Shown here: in pieces, positions 27,586 through 38,520 of the stretch | Layout of the letters: each line of letters starts with the position of its first letter | How positions within the stretch are numbered: the stretch's first letter is position 1 | Source of the DNA: Bacteroidales bacterium | GTDB taxonomy: Bacteria; Bacteroidota; Bacteroidia; Bacteroidales; UBA6680 | DNA length: 39,527 nucleotides | NCBI GenBank assembly: GCA_016926405.1 | Contig: JAFGOQ010000094.1 | Span: 1-39,527 of the forward strand | Direction: 5' to 3' | Made by a program: the position numbers and the translations under genes | The notes under the pieces: generated by a model | Told to the model about the DNA's origin: nothing | The model's input: the letters and a program-made list of their open reading frames with translations, nothing else | The model's database searches: none

Positions 27586-30027
27586 CTATCTCAATTTAGC
27601 ATCAAACTCTCTTTCGAAAGTGTTCTGAATTTTCGACATGATTTTGTCAATTTGTTTGTCGGTAAGAGTCTTGTTTTCGTCTTGAATTATAAAACTCATT
27701 GCATACGATTTTTTACCCTCTTCAATACCTTTTCCTTGGTAAATGTCAAACAGATCAACCTTTTTAAGAAGGCTTTTTTCCATTTTATGGGCAGCCTTTT
27801 TAAGATCGGCGAATTTAACTTTTTCGTCAATTAGTAGCGCTAAATCGCGTTTTACCTCAGGGAATTTAGGAAGCTCTTTAAACGAAACCTTGTTTTTCTT
27901 AGCAGCTTTTAAAATTGCGTCCCAATTAAAATCGGCAAAGAAACACTCTTGTTTAATATCGAATTTCTTAACCATTTTACGGCTTAAGATACCAAGCTCA
28001 AGTATAACTTTTCCATTTAAAATGTATTTTAAACCTTCCGAGAATACATCGCAGTTAAAATACTCGCTGTTTATGCTATCTATATCGAAACCTAAACGCT
28101 CCAAAATATTCTCGGCATAGCTCTTAATCATATAGAACGAAGCATCAACAGCCTGAGTGTTCCAGTTGGCAGATTCTCTTTTGCCTGTTGCAAATAATGC
28201 AAGATGCACCTCTTCTGAATATTTTTTAAGACCCTCTTTTGAGCTATCGAATTGGTAATGTTTACCAAATTCAAAAAGCTTAAGGTCGCCGTTACGTCGG
28301 TTTATATTGTAAATAGCCGATTCTAAAACACCAAAAATAAGACTCTGGCGCATTGCATTTAGGTCCTGACTAAGAGGGTTTAGAATTTTTACCGATTTTT
28401 CTACGTCAAACGAATTAGAATTTTCGCAGTACGAATGTTTAGTTAACGAGTTACACATAATCTCGTTAAATCCGTTGCTGCTAAGGTAATCGGCAACTAA
28501 GTTATTTACTGCTTCAACGTCGGGTTTTACTGAGTTTTGCAATGTTGAGTGAACAGTTGCAGGAATACCAATATTGTTATATCCGTATATTCTAAGAATC
28601 TCTTCAATAACATCGGCCTCGCGCTGAACATCAACTCTGTATGCCGGAACAGTAAGAGTTAAGCAGTTCTCGTCTTCGTTGGTAATGTTAATTTCTAAAC
28701 CTTTAAGAATGTTCTTAATTGTCTCTTTGTTTATCTCTTCGCCAATTAAGCGTGTAATGTTTGAGTATTTTACTTCAACAACAAAGTCTTCTATTGGGTT
28801 AGGATAAATATCGATAATGTCAGACGAAATTTCGCCACCAGCAATCTCTTTAATAAGTAATGCAGCACGCTTAAGGGCGTAAATAGTATTGTTTGGATCG
28901 ATACCTCTTTCGAAACGGAACGATGAATCGGTATTTAAACCATGACGCTTGGCTGTTTTACGAACAGAAACAGGATTGAAATAAGCACTCTCTAAGAAAA
29001 TATTAGTTGTAGTGTTTGATACTCCCGATTCTAAACCTCCAAAAACACCAGCCATACACATAGGTTCTTGTGCGTTGCAAATCATTAAGTCGGCATCGGA
29101 AAGTTCTCTTTCGGCTTCGTCAAGAGTTGTAAATTTTGTTTTGTCGGCAATAGTTGTAACAACAATTTTGTTACCAGCAATTTTAGCTGCGTCGAAAGCA
29201 TGAAGAGGTTGACCTGTTTCGTGAAGAACGTAGTTTGTTATGTCTACAATATTATTAATTGGCGAAAGACCAATAGCTTTTAGTCTGTTCTTCATCCAAT
29301 CTGGCGAATCTTTAATTTCAATATTCGAAATTGTAACACCAGCATAGCGAGGACACAAATCATTGTCTTTAACCTCAACTTCAATTTTAAGATTATCGTT
29401 ATCTTTTTTATACTCTTTAACCGATATTTTTTCGGCTTTAATATCTTGTGTTTGCTGAATGTAAGCAGCAAGATCGCGTGCTACGCCAAAGTGCGACGAA
29501 GCGTCAACGCGGTTAGGAGTAAGTCCTATTTCGAAAACTAAATCGTTATCAATTTTAAAATAATCGGCTGCAGGAGTTCCTGTAGGGATTTCTTCGATAA
29601 TAACCATAATACCGTCGTGCGAATTACCCATTCCTATTTCGTCTTCGGCACAAATCATACCCATAGACTCTTCGCCTCTAATCTTCGATTTTTTAATAGT
29701 AAAGCTATCGTCGCCTGAATATAGTATTGTTCCAACAGTAGCAACAACAACAGTTTGTCCTGCGGCAACATTAGGTGCGCCACAAACAATTGGTAGTATA
29801 GTGTTGTTTCCTACGTCAACAGTAGTTTTGCTAAGTTTGTCGGCGTCGGGGTGTTTTTCGCAAGTAAGAACTTTTCCAATAACAAGGCCTTTTAATCCAC
29901 CTTTTACCGATTCAAACTTCTCAATTCCTTCAACTTCTAAACCTATATCAGTTAAAATAATGCTGATTTCGTTTGGTGTTAACTCTGTTTTTAAATACTC
30001 TTTTAACCAGTTGTACGATATTTTCAT
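27586..30027 (-). CDS. pheT: Phenylalanine--tRNA ligase beta subunit
   Basis: MKISYNWLKEY, KHPDADKL, CGAPNV, LTPNR.D, RFERG, FPEVKRDLA. Confidence 0.98.
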   Translation of the reverse strand: MKISYNWLKEYLKTELTPNEISIILTDIGLEVEGIEKFESVKGGLKGLVIGKVLTCEKHPDADKLSKTTVDVGNNTILPIVCGAPNVAAGQTVVVATVGTILYSGDDSFTIKKSKIRGEESMGMICAEDEIGMGNSHDGIMVIIEEIPTGTPAADYFKIDNDLVFEIGLTPNRVDASSHFGVARDLAAYIQQTQDIKAEKISVKEYKKDNDNLKIEVEVKDNDLCPRYAGVTISNIEIKDSPDWMKNRLKAIGLSPINNIVDITNYVLHETGQPLHAFDAAKIAGNKIVVTTIADKTKFTTLDEAERELSDADLMICNAQEPMCMAGVFGGLESGVSNTTTNIFLESAYFNPVSVRKTAKRHGLNTDSSFRFERGIDPNNTIYALKRAALLIKEIAGGEISSDIIDIYPNPIEDFVVEVKYSNITRLIGEEINKETIKNILKGLEINITNEDENCLTLTVPAYRVDVQREADVIEEILRIYGYNNIGIPATVHSTLQNSVKPDVEAVNNLVADYLSSNGFNEIMCNSLTKHSYCENSNSFDVEKSVKILNPLSQDLNAMRQSLIFGVLESAIYNINRRNGDLKLFEFGKHYQFDSSKEGLKKYSEEVHLALFATGKRESANWNTQAVDASFYMIKSYAENILERLGFDIDSINSEYFNCDVFSEGLKYILNGKVILELGILSRKMVKKFDIKQECFFADFNWDAILKAAKKNKVSFKELPKFPEVKRDLALLIDEKVKFADLKKAAHKMEKSLLKKVDLFDIYQGKGIEEGKKSYAMSFIIQDENKTLTDKQIDKIMSKIQNTFEREFDAKLR

Positions 30028-30249
30028 TTTGTATATTTATTTCGTTTTCAATATAATACCTAGTCTCTTTAAGTAAAGAAATGTTGGTTTTTTTTATTAT
30101 GAAACAACAAAAATAGTTAAAAAAGAAGATATTGTTCTTTCTGAAAGGGTTAAAATTAAAGAGTTTTGTTAATATTATTATTGTTGAGTTTGTTGGTACT
30201 TAAATAGCATTGAATATATTTGTGTGTTATAAATGAAAAATCACAAAAA

Positions 30250-31041
30250 TTGGAAAAAGAAAATAAACGCCCATTAATACTTGTTACTAATGACGACGGC
30301 TATTATGCTGGAGGTTTTAAGGCTTTAATTGAAATAGCAAAATCATTTGGCGATGTTGTTGCCGTTGCTCCCGAAGTGGGAAATTCGGGCATGTCGCATG
30401 CAATAACCATTAAAGTACCTATTCGTTTACGATTGCTTGATAAGACAGAGGGTTTGGCTCTTTATGCGTGCAGTGGTACTCCTGCCGATTGTATTAAATT
30501 GGCTATTAATCAGGTGTTAGATAGAAAACCCGATTTAGTTCTTTCGGGTGTTAACCACGGATCAAATTCATCTATTAGTTTAATATATAGCGGTACAATG
30601 GCCGGTGCTATTGAGGGTTGTTTAAACGGAATTGACTCGGTTGGTTTATCGCTTTTAGATTTTGCTCGCGATGCTAATTTTCAGGCATCGGTAGTTTATG
30701 GTAAGCGTATTGTTTCAGAGGTATTACGTAATGGTCTTCCTAAGGGAACATGCTTGAACGTGAATATTCCCGAGGGAAATGTTGATGAGATTAAGGGTGT
30801 TAAGGTTTGTAGACAAAACAAAGGCCGTTGGGTTGAGGAGTTCGAAAAAAGAACCGATCCGCGTGGTAGCAATTACTTTTGGCTTACTGGCTACTATTGC
30901 AACGACGAGCCAGAGAGTACCGATACCGATGAGGCTGCCCTGAATAATAAATATGTTTCGATTGTTCCTGTTAAGGTCGATTTATCGGATTATGTTATGA
31001 TTAACACTTTAAATGGTTGGAATCTGAATGAAAGTAATTGA
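30250..31041 (+). CDS. surE: 5'/3'-nucleotidase SurE (probable TTG start 30250)
   Basis: ILVTNDDG, SGTPADC, SGVNHGSN, YSGT; TTG-N19-TATATTTG promoter ending at 30222. Confidence 0.95.
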   Translation: MEKENKRPLILVTNDDGYYAGGFKALIEIAKSFGDVVAVAPEVGNSGMSHAITIKVPIRLRLLDKTEGLALYACSGTPADCIKLAINQVLDRKPDLVLSGVNHGSNSSISLIYSGTMAGAIEGCLNGIDSVGLSLLDFARDANFQASVVYGKRIVSEVLRNGLPKGTCLNVNIPEGNVDEIKGVKVCRQNKGRWVEEFEKRTDPRGSNYFWLTGYYCNDEPESTDTDEAALNNKYVSIVPVKVDLSDYVMINTLNGWNLNESN

Positions 31042-31336
31042 TAGATTATTACCCGATAATTTTTTTGTTGGTCTAATTCAAGGGGTTATTGTCCCTTGTT
31101 TGGTGGTTTTGTTATTGCTTAGTTTTGGAACTGTAGAGTGGACAACAAATATGTTTGCTAGCAAAGCCTTTGTGAATTTGTTTGTTAAGATGATAAGCTT
31201 GTCGGTACTACCTAATTTGGGGCTGTTTTATCTTTATATAAATAGAAATTATTACCGAGGAGGAAAAGGTGTTATTGTAGGTACGTTAATAATCGCTTTC
31301 TTTGTTTTTATAGTGAAATTCATCTTAAGTGTATAA
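31028..31336 (+). CDS. Small membrane protein
   Basis: Three hydrophobic segments; overlaps both neighbouring genes. Confidence 0.7.
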   Translation: MKVIDRLLPDNFFVGLIQGVIVPCLVVLLLLSFGTVEWTTNMFASKAFVNLFVKMISLSVLPNLGLFYLYINRNYYRGGKGVIVGTLIIAFFVFIVKFILSV

Positions 31337-32517
31337 TGAAATATATTCTAATTATACTGATTGCCTTTGTTTGTATTCCCCTTATGTCGGCCGAAGTTGA
31401 TTCTGTTGATGTATGCGTGTTTCATAATAAGAATATTAGTTCGGTGGTATTTACACCTGTAAATTCGTGTTATTTGGTTTCGGCAAATGGCGATAAGGAG
31501 TATAAGTTAGAAGAGAATACGCTTTTATATATTTCGTGCTTTAACCATCAGATATTGGTTAGCACGCTAAATAATGTAGTGGGTGTTTTCGATACTATAA
31601 GAATAAATAGTGTCGATAGCACAGGCTATTTTAGATTAAAACCTATAAAGCCTTCATTGGAGTCTAGAAGTTACGACGATAATATTGTTGTAACTAACAA
31701 CTTTGGTAGTTTAAAATTTATTAATAGGGTTGATGTAAATAAATATTTGGCGGGGGTTGTTTTAGCTGAAGCTGGTCCAAATATTATTCAAGAGTTTTAT
31801 AAAACTCAGGCTTTAATAAGCAGAACGTATCTGCTTGGTCATATCGATAGGCATTCGTCTGAGGGCTTTAATGTGTGCGACGATGTTCATTGTCAGGCTT
31901 ATCATGGACGAAATAATATTAATCATAGGATTTTCGAGTCGGTTGTCTCAACCGATCATCTAATAATTGTTGATTCGGTGAACGATATTATTACCGCCGC
32001 TTTTCATTCCAATTCTGGTGGTCTTACATCCAATTCAGAAGTAGAATGGAGTTCTCCGTTGCCATATCTGCGATCTGTTGTTGATCCATATTCTATTAAT
32101 CAAAGAAATTATAAGTGGACAAAAAAAGTTCCTATTAATGAGTGGAGGAATTTTCTAATGGAAAACGAATTCTCGGGTAAATCTATACGAAGGAAAAAGT
32201 TAATGCTGTCGGTAAAAAACAGAAGTAAATTTTTGATAATAGGAGAAGACTCTATAAGAACACGCGAGATTCGTAAGTATTTCAATTTGCGATCGTCGTT
32301 CTTTTCTATTGATGTAGAAGGTAGATATGTTGTTTTTAATGGACTTGGCTATGGACACGGTGTTGGGCTGAGCCAGATAGGGGCTATGAAGATGGCTCAT
32401 TTAGGTTTTAATTACGAGCAGATTATAAAATTCTATTATAGTAATGTTCAGCTTGTTTCGTACGATAAATATTTAGAAGAAAAGAGAAATAGAGAAACTG
32501 CTATTATTATTGAGTAA
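31336..32517 (+). CDS. SpoIID/LytB domain protein
   Basis: YLAGVV.AE, KTQALISRTY, CDDVHCQAY, FHSNSGG.T, GYGHGVGLSQ.GA. Confidence 0.93.
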   Translation: MKYILIILIAFVCIPLMSAEVDSVDVCVFHNKNISSVVFTPVNSCYLVSANGDKEYKLEENTLLYISCFNHQILVSTLNNVVGVFDTIRINSVDSTGYFRLKPIKPSLESRSYDDNIVVTNNFGSLKFINRVDVNKYLAGVVLAEAGPNIIQEFYKTQALISRTYLLGHIDRHSSEGFNVCDDVHCQAYHGRNNINHRIFESVVSTDHLIIVDSVNDIITAAFHSNSGGLTSNSEVEWSSPLPYLRSVVDPYSINQRNYKWTKKVPINEWRNFLMENEFSGKSIRRKKLMLSVKNRSKFLIIGEDSIRTREIRKYFNLRSSFFSIDVEGRYVVFNGLGYGHGVGLSQIGAMKMAHLGFNYEQIIKFYYSNVQLVSYDKYLEEKRNRETAIIIE

Positions 32518-32612
32518 TTAAAGTAGCTTTTCTCTATTTGTTATATAAAATAGTATTCTTTATTAAATAATAAATATGAAATGTTTTTGCATTTCGTTGA
32601 AAATAGTAGGAT

Positions 32613-33338
32613 ATGGTTTCGTTGTATTTAAAAGAAGTCAGAGGTTTTTTTAGTGGTTTGACAGGGTATTTGGTTATTGTAATATTCCTTTTGTTAAACG
32701 GTATGTTTTTGTGGATTATACCTGGCGAGACAAATATTTTAGATATGGGATTGGCAAATCTTAATGCCCTTTTTCAGCTCGCTCCTTGGGTGTTTCTTTT
32801 TTTAGTACCTGCAATTACAATGCGTATGTTTGCCGAAGAGCGACGAACAGGAACAATGGAGATGTTGCTTACCCGTCCAATAACCGAAAGCAAAATTGTT
32901 ATATCTAAATATTTAGCTGCATACTCGTTGGTTATTTTGGCTATTGTACCAACCTTAGTCTATTTCTATTCGGTTTGGCAACTTGGCACTAATGTAGGGA
33001 ATCTTGATTTAGGTGCTACTTTGGGTTCGTATTTAGGGTTGTTGTTTTTGGCTGCAATATATACTGCTATTGGTATTTTTACTTCGTCGGTTACCGAAAA
33101 TCAGATTGTTGCATTCCTTTTTGGAATGAGTATTTGCTTTCTGTTTTTTATTGGTTTCGATTATATCTCATCGATACCTGTGTTTAGTTCTATAGAGTTG
33201 GTTATTATGAATATTGGTATTAACGAGCACTATAATTCTATTAGTCGCGGAGTGATTGATTTGGGCGATTTAATTTATTTTGTTGGTGTTGTTGCTATTT
33301 TTATTCTAGCTACTACTGTGGTTGTAAAACGACGATAA
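32613..33338 (+). CDS. gldF: Gliding motility ABC transporter permease GldF
   Basis: APWVFLFLVPAITMR.FAEE...GT.E.LLTRP, NQIVAF, HY.SISRGVID. Confidence 0.9.
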   Translation: MVSLYLKEVRGFFSGLTGYLVIVIFLLLNGMFLWIIPGETNILDMGLANLNALFQLAPWVFLFLVPAITMRMFAEERRTGTMEMLLTRPITESKIVISKYLAAYSLVILAIVPTLVYFYSVWQLGTNVGNLDLGATLGSYLGLLFLAAIYTAIGIFTSSVTENQIVAFLFGMSICFLFFIGFDYISSIPVFSSIELVIMNIGINEHYNSISRGVIDLGDLIYFVGVVAIFILATTVVVKRR

Positions 33339-33458
33339 GTTTATTAAACTCTTACTAGGCTTGCTTTAAGCAGAAAAGAGGCGAGGTTAGTATTTAGTAG
33401 AGAATAGTTATTGCTGCAAGGTATAAGTTGAAAAACAAATGTTTAACCTAATTGTGTT

Positions 33459-35159
33459 TTGATGAATTTTAAGCATAAAGATTATTTTATCAGTTTTGTA
33501 TATATAGTTGTAATTATTCTGATAATTATAGCCTCTTCGTGGTCTAGCGTTAGGGTCGATCTTACTCAAGATAAACGATATACTCTGTCGGAAACAACAA
33601 AAGAATATTTAGAGAATCTCGATAAAAGAGTTGTTTTAAAGGTTTATCTCGATGGAGATATGCCTGTTGGTTTAAAGCGTTTGAATAAAGCTCTCGATCA
33701 TAAATTACAAGAGTTTAGACGTATTGGAGGAAGCGATTTTCAATATAAATTTATTGATCCATCGGCAGCTAAAGACTCTAAACGTCGCGAAAAGGTGTAC
33801 CAGCAGCTTATCGATAAAGGTGTAAAGCCCGTTAATTTTCAGCAGCGCGATACTAAAGGTGGTGTTGTTACCCAAGTGGTTTTTCCTGGGCTAGAAATGC
33901 GTTATGGTAACAAGAGTGTTGCTGTTAATCTGTTAAAAAATAATCCTATCTACGATGGCGATCAAAACCTTAATCTTTCGATTGAAAATTTAGAGTACGA
34001 ATTGCTTAATGCAATGAAAACTCTATTGGTTGAGAAAAAGGTTGCTGTTGGTTTTGTTCAAGGTCATAACGAGGCGCAAGAGGCAGGGCTTGCCGACATA
34101 AAAAATGAGCTTAAACTGCAGGCTGATGTTAGTAATGTTATTCTGTCGTCATTAGATGTGGCTTTGCGTTATAAGTGTCTTGTTTTTGCCGATCCTAAAT
34201 CTAGTTTTAGCGAAGACGAAAAATATATTATCGATCAGTATTTACTTCAGGGTGGAAATGTGCTTTGGTTTGTAGATATGGTTGGTGTTAATGCCGATTC
34301 ATTATCGCGTCATGGGCAAACTATTTCTGTAGTCCGTAATTTGAATATAGAGGATATGTTTTTTGATTATGGTGTTCGTGTAAATCCTGTTATTGTTCAG
34401 GATTTTCAATGTTTGCAGCTTCCTATAAATATTGCTCCTGCTGGTCAAAATGCTCAGTTTAGACCTGCCTCGTGGATGTATATGCCTTTGGCTACTCCAA
34501 CAAGTAATGCCTTAACTAGAGGTTTGAATTTTATAAAAACAGCCTATCCTAGTTCTATTGATTTTGTTAATAGTAGCGATGTTGTTAATTCAACGGTGTT
34601 GCTCCAAACCTCTGGTTATAATCGAACAAAGAGCGTTCCTAATACAATCTCGTTATACGAAATAAACGATAAGCCTGCTAAGCTTAGTTTAAAGCACCAT
34701 CCTTTTAATATTGCGGTAATGTTAGAGGGCGAGTTTAACTCAATTTTCACCAATAGAATTGTTAAGGGTTTTGAAGCCAAAAACAATTCTCAAACAATTT
34801 ATAAATCGGAAAAGCCGGGAAAACTGATTGTTGTTGCCGATGCCGATATTATTAAGAACGAAGTTGTTAATTTGGCTAGTGGCCCTAGAATTATGCGTTT
34901 GGGTTACGATAGATATTCGAAACAGATGTTTGATAATCTTCTGTTTGTTAAGAATGTTGTAAGCTATTCTTCGGGTGGTGAAGAGGTGATGAGTCTGCGT
35001 ACTAATCAGTTTAAGATGCGATTGCTCGACAAAAACAAAACCTCTTTTAATCGTTTTTACTGGCAGTTGTTTAATGTAATAATGCCTATTATAATTGTTC
35101 TTTTAGCGGGTGTGTTATTGTGGTTTTTGCGTTGGTATAAATATTCAAAGAGAAGGTAA
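33459..35159 (+). CDS. gldG: Gliding motility ABC transporter substrate-binding GldG
   Basis: DLTQDKRYTLS, GHNE, YIIDQYLLQGG, C-terminal TM helix; follows gldF. Confidence 0.9.
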   Translation: MMNFKHKDYFISFVYIVVIILIIIASSWSSVRVDLTQDKRYTLSETTKEYLENLDKRVVLKVYLDGDMPVGLKRLNKALDHKLQEFRRIGGSDFQYKFIDPSAAKDSKRREKVYQQLIDKGVKPVNFQQRDTKGGVVTQVVFPGLEMRYGNKSVAVNLLKNNPIYDGDQNLNLSIENLEYELLNAMKTLLVEKKVAVGFVQGHNEAQEAGLADIKNELKLQADVSNVILSSLDVALRYKCLVFADPKSSFSEDEKYIIDQYLLQGGNVLWFVDMVGVNADSLSRHGQTISVVRNLNIEDMFFDYGVRVNPVIVQDFQCLQLPINIAPAGQNAQFRPASWMYMPLATPTSNALTRGLNFIKTAYPSSIDFVNSSDVVNSTVLLQTSGYNRTKSVPNTISLYEINDKPAKLSLKHHPFNIAVMLEGEFNSIFTNRIVKGFEAKNNSQTIYKSEKPGKLIVVADADIIKNEVVNLASGPRIMRLGYDRYSKQMFDNLLFVKNVVSYSSGGEEVMSLRTNQFKMRLLDKNKTSFNRFYWQLFNVIMPIIIVLLAGVLLWFLRWYKYSKRR

Positions 35160-36115
35160 TGATAAAGAAGTGGTTAAAATACTTTGTGCCTATAGCTTTG
35201 CTAATTGCAGCTATCTGCACGGTGATTTGGATGTCGGCCGAGAATATTGAATATAGCGAAGATATGTTTGCCATTAGCAACTCGCACTTAATTGATAGAA
35301 TTGTTATATCAGATGGTAGTAATAAAGAGGTTGTTCTCGAAAAAAATGGTGATAATTGGATTGTTAATGGAGCTGACATTGCACGACAATCGCAGGTGTC
35401 AATTATTGTAAATATGTTACCTATGCTTTTGGTTGATGTTCCGGCCGAGAAAGCTGTTAATAATGCTATTAACAAAGGTGTTGTGAAGTTGCAAAAGCAG
35501 GTGCGCTTTTTTATCGACAAAAAAGAGATTCTTTATTCGTTTTATAATGTCGAAACAAGAGTTGTGGCAACAATAAATAATAGTAGTCAAGCTTATTATT
35601 TAACTACTCCTGGGTATGCGTTGGAATTTTCTTCAGCCCTCTCGTTGAATGATAGTTATTGGAAATCGAAAGCCATGTATTCGTGGAATTCGTTGCAAAT
35701 TGATAAGTTGTCGGTAGAATATTCCGATGCAAAAACAGAGTCGTTTGTTATTGAAAAGCACAATGATATGTATGTTGTATCGTCTTTAAATAATAACAAA
35801 ACGATTAGCTCCAACGAAACAGAAAAGATATTTTCGTACTTGTCGTTTGCTTCGTCGCTTGAGTTCGACGATTTTTTAACAGACAATCAGGTTGAGGTTT
35901 ATAATGGCTTAAAAGGTAATGCTGATGTCGTTATTAGTGTTGTGGTAGAAGGTGAATTGCATAAGTTAAATGTGTTTTATAAACCCGATTCTAATTCCGA
36001 AACAGGATTTGACCTGTATAAGGTATTTGTTCAAATGGATAACAGCGAGCCCGTTGTTGTGTCGTTTCTTAAAATGGATAATTTGCTGAAAGACTATCGT
36101 TACTTCAACAAGTAA
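35159..36115 (+). CDS. Hypothetical protein, DUF4340-like
   Basis: N-terminal anchor; repeated ID.I.I...K..D.W/Y.V modules; position after gldG. Confidence 0.55.
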   Translation: MIKKWLKYFVPIALLIAAICTVIWMSAENIEYSEDMFAISNSHLIDRIVISDGSNKEVVLEKNGDNWIVNGADIARQSQVSIIVNMLPMLLVDVPAEKAVNNAINKGVVKLQKQVRFFIDKKEILYSFYNVETRVVATINNSSQAYYLTTPGYALEFSSALSLNDSYWKSKAMYSWNSLQIDKLSVEYSDAKTESFVIEKHNDMYVVSSLNNNKTISSNETEKIFSYLSFASSLEFDDFLTDNQVEVYNGLKGNADVVISVVVEGELHKLNVFYKPDSNSETGFDLYKVFVQMDNSEPVVVSFLKMDNLLKDYRYFNK

Positions 36116-36268
36116 AACGGTAGAATGTAAGTGTTAGTAAATTGTTAATTTATATTTGGTTGTAAAATTGGGTAAGTACCTATTTTTTTACTATTATTGA
36201 TACTTAAATCGCGAAATGTATTATTTGCGATATTTTATTGATTTGTAAACTATTAATATTATATACCA

Positions 36269-37399
36269 ATGAAGTTTGTTGTATCAAGTATCGAGCTATT
36301 GAGCCATTTGCAAACTGTAAATAGGGTTATTAGTAACAAAAACACTTTGCCTATTTTAGATAATTTTCTTTTCTCGCTTAAAGGAAACGATCTTACAATA
36401 ACTGCCTCCGACTTGGAGACTACCCTAATTACTAGTATTTCATTAGATGTTGTATCGCAAGAAGGAGATATTGCTGTTCCTGCAAAAATCCTTATCGATA
36501 CACTTAAAAATACACCTGAACAGCCTCTTACTTTCGAGGTCGATCCGTCGAACAGACAAATTACTATTCAAAGTGAGAATGGTAAATATACTATAGTAGG
36601 TCAGAATGGTGAAGATTTTCCTTCGATGCCGAAAATTAAAGAGGAATCGAAAAATAGTCTTAACATTGAATCAGACGCTTTCCTTACTGGAATCGAAAAA
36701 ACAATTTTTGCTACTGCCGACGATGAGCTTCGTCCTGTAATGAATGGTGTTTTGTTTGAGCAAGGCGAAGATGGTGTTACTTTTGTAGCTTCTGATGCTC
36801 ATAAGCTGGTAAGATATCGTAGAAACGATATTACTGCTGCTGCTAAATCGTCGTTTATTCTGCCTAAAAAGCCTTCGTCGCTACTGCGCACAATACTTCC
36901 AAAAGACGATCAGCCTGTTAATGTTGAGTTCGACTCTCAGAATGTATTTTTTGTTCTTCCTAACTACAGAATGGTTTGTCGTTTGGTTGAAGGAAATTAC
37001 CCTGCATACAACTCGGTTATTCCAACAAACAATCAGAATAAAATAACTATCGATAGGTTGGCTCTATTATCGGCTTTAAAGCGTGTTTCGGTTTATTCGA
37101 ATCAGGCCAGCAATCTTATTAAGCTTTCTATTGATTCCGACCAGATGACTGTTTCGGCTCAGGATTTAGATTTTTCTATTGCTGCTAAGGAGCACCTTTC
37201 GTGTCAGTACGATGGAGCTGCTATGGAGATAGGATTTAAGTCGCTTTTCCTTATCGAAATTCTTACAAATTTATCTTCTTCGGATGTGGTTTTAGAGCTT
37301 TCTGATCCTACACGCGCAGGACTTATTTTACCTGCCGAAAAAGAGAATCCAAACGAGGATATTCTTATGCTATTAATGCCAATGATGGTAAATAGCTAA
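36269..37399 (+). CDS. dnaN: DNA polymerase III beta clamp
   Basis: LPILDN, ASDLE, DELRPVMNG, ASDAHKL, YPAY.SVIP, LLMPM. Confidence 0.98.
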   Translation: MKFVVSSIELLSHLQTVNRVISNKNTLPILDNFLFSLKGNDLTITASDLETTLITSISLDVVSQEGDIAVPAKILIDTLKNTPEQPLTFEVDPSNRQITIQSENGKYTIVGQNGEDFPSMPKIKEESKNSLNIESDAFLTGIEKTIFATADDELRPVMNGVLFEQGEDGVTFVASDAHKLVRYRRNDITAAAKSSFILPKKPSSLLRTILPKDDQPVNVEFDSQNVFFVLPNYRMVCRLVEGNYPAYNSVIPTNNQNKITIDRLALLSALKRVSVYSNQASNLIKLSIDSDQMTVSAQDLDFSIAAKEHLSCQYDGAAMEIGFKSLFLIEILTNLSSSDVVLELSDPTRAGLILPAEKENPNEDILMLLMPMMVNS

Positions 37400-37419
37400 A
37401 ATGATACTGTTTTAATATA

Positions 37420-37464
37420 CAAAGGTTGCTTCTCTGTTTTCAGAGGTGCAACCTTTGGTTTTTT
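37420..37464 (+). terminator. dnaN terminator
   Basis: CAAAGGTTGC...GCAACCTTTG long stem followed by a T-run. Confidence 0.8.
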
Positions 37465-37686
37465 ATATGGCTCATATATTGCCGTTATAATATTAATAGA
37501 TTAAAGAATTATTAAATTTGGGCGGTCTATTGGTAGATAAAAATCAGGTGAACTTATGAAACCTTAGCAAGCAAAAGCTCGCATACGAAAGTAAATACAA
37601 CACAAGGGTTTCATTAATAAGTTGAGAGTAAATGGTTGCTTGTGTTGTAAAAAGATTGAATACTATTACCTAACATAAATTATATT

Positions 37687-38505
37687 TTGATGAAATTAAA
37701 TTTAAGAAACCCCCTTGCTTTTATTGATCTTGAGACAACAGGCATTGACGTGGCTAAAGATAGAATTGTAGAGATTTGTATAATTAAGGTTAATGTTGAT
37801 AATAGCGAAGAGGTAAAAACTATTCGTGTTAATCCTACTGTGCCAATTCCTTTGGAGACATCGTTAATTCATGGTATTTACGACGAAGATATTAAAGATG
37901 CTCCTACATTTAAAGATATTGCTAAAGAGCTTGCTCAGTTTCTTGAAGGAGCCGATTTTGCTGGATTTAACTCTAATCGTTTCGATTTTCCATTACTGGC
38001 CGAGGAGTTTCTTCGTGCCGACTGCGACTTCGATTTTAAGAAACGTAAGTTTGTCGATGTTCAGACAATATTCCACAAAATGGAACAGCGTACGTTGGTT
38101 GCTGCATATAAGTTTTACTGCAACGCTGAACTAGAGAATGCTCATAGTGCTTTAGCCGATACTCGTGCTACATACGAGGTTCTTAAAGCTCAGGTTGACC
38201 GATACGAAAATGCCGAGTTTAAAGATAAAGACGGAAAGGTTTCTACTCCGGTTAAAAACGATATAAATAGCTTGGCCGAATTCTCGGCTCATAATAATAA
38301 TGTCGATTTTGCTGGCCGTATTGTTTATAACGAAAAGGGTGAGGAGACTTTTAACTTTGGTAAATATAAAGGACAAACTGTAGAGTCGGTTTTTGCTAAA
38401 GACCAAGGCTATTATGGTTGGATGATTAATAACGATTTCCCTCTGTACACCAAAAAAGTACTAACAAATATTAAGCTTCGTGCTCTGAATAATAAGTTGT
38501 TTTAA
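37687..38505 (+). CDS. DEDDh 3'-5' exonuclease (DnaQ-like)
   Basis: DLETTG, IHGI, FNSNRFD, AHSALAD; C-terminal FNFGKYKG. Confidence 0.92.
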   Translation: MMKLNLRNPLAFIDLETTGIDVAKDRIVEICIIKVNVDNSEEVKTIRVNPTVPIPLETSLIHGIYDEDIKDAPTFKDIAKELAQFLEGADFAGFNSNRFDFPLLAEEFLRADCDFDFKKRKFVDVQTIFHKMEQRTLVAAYKFYCNAELENAHSALADTRATYEVLKAQVDRYENAEFKDKDGKVSTPVKNDINSLAEFSAHNNNVDFAGRIVYNEKGEETFNFGKYKGQTVESVFAKDQGYYGWMINNDFPLYTKKVLTNIKLRALNNKLF

Positions 38506-38520
38506 TAAATCCAGACTGTT

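Noticed and set aside
27577-30076. Plus-strand ORFs within pheT, and similar antisense or nested ORFs in guaA, cas1, cas9, the S41 gene, FKBPs and the exonuclease
   Set aside because: Shadow frames of well-supported genes, with no recognisable motifs.
33352-33392. Imperfect hairpin between gldF and gldG
   Set aside because: Weak pairing and no U-tract; no function can be supported.
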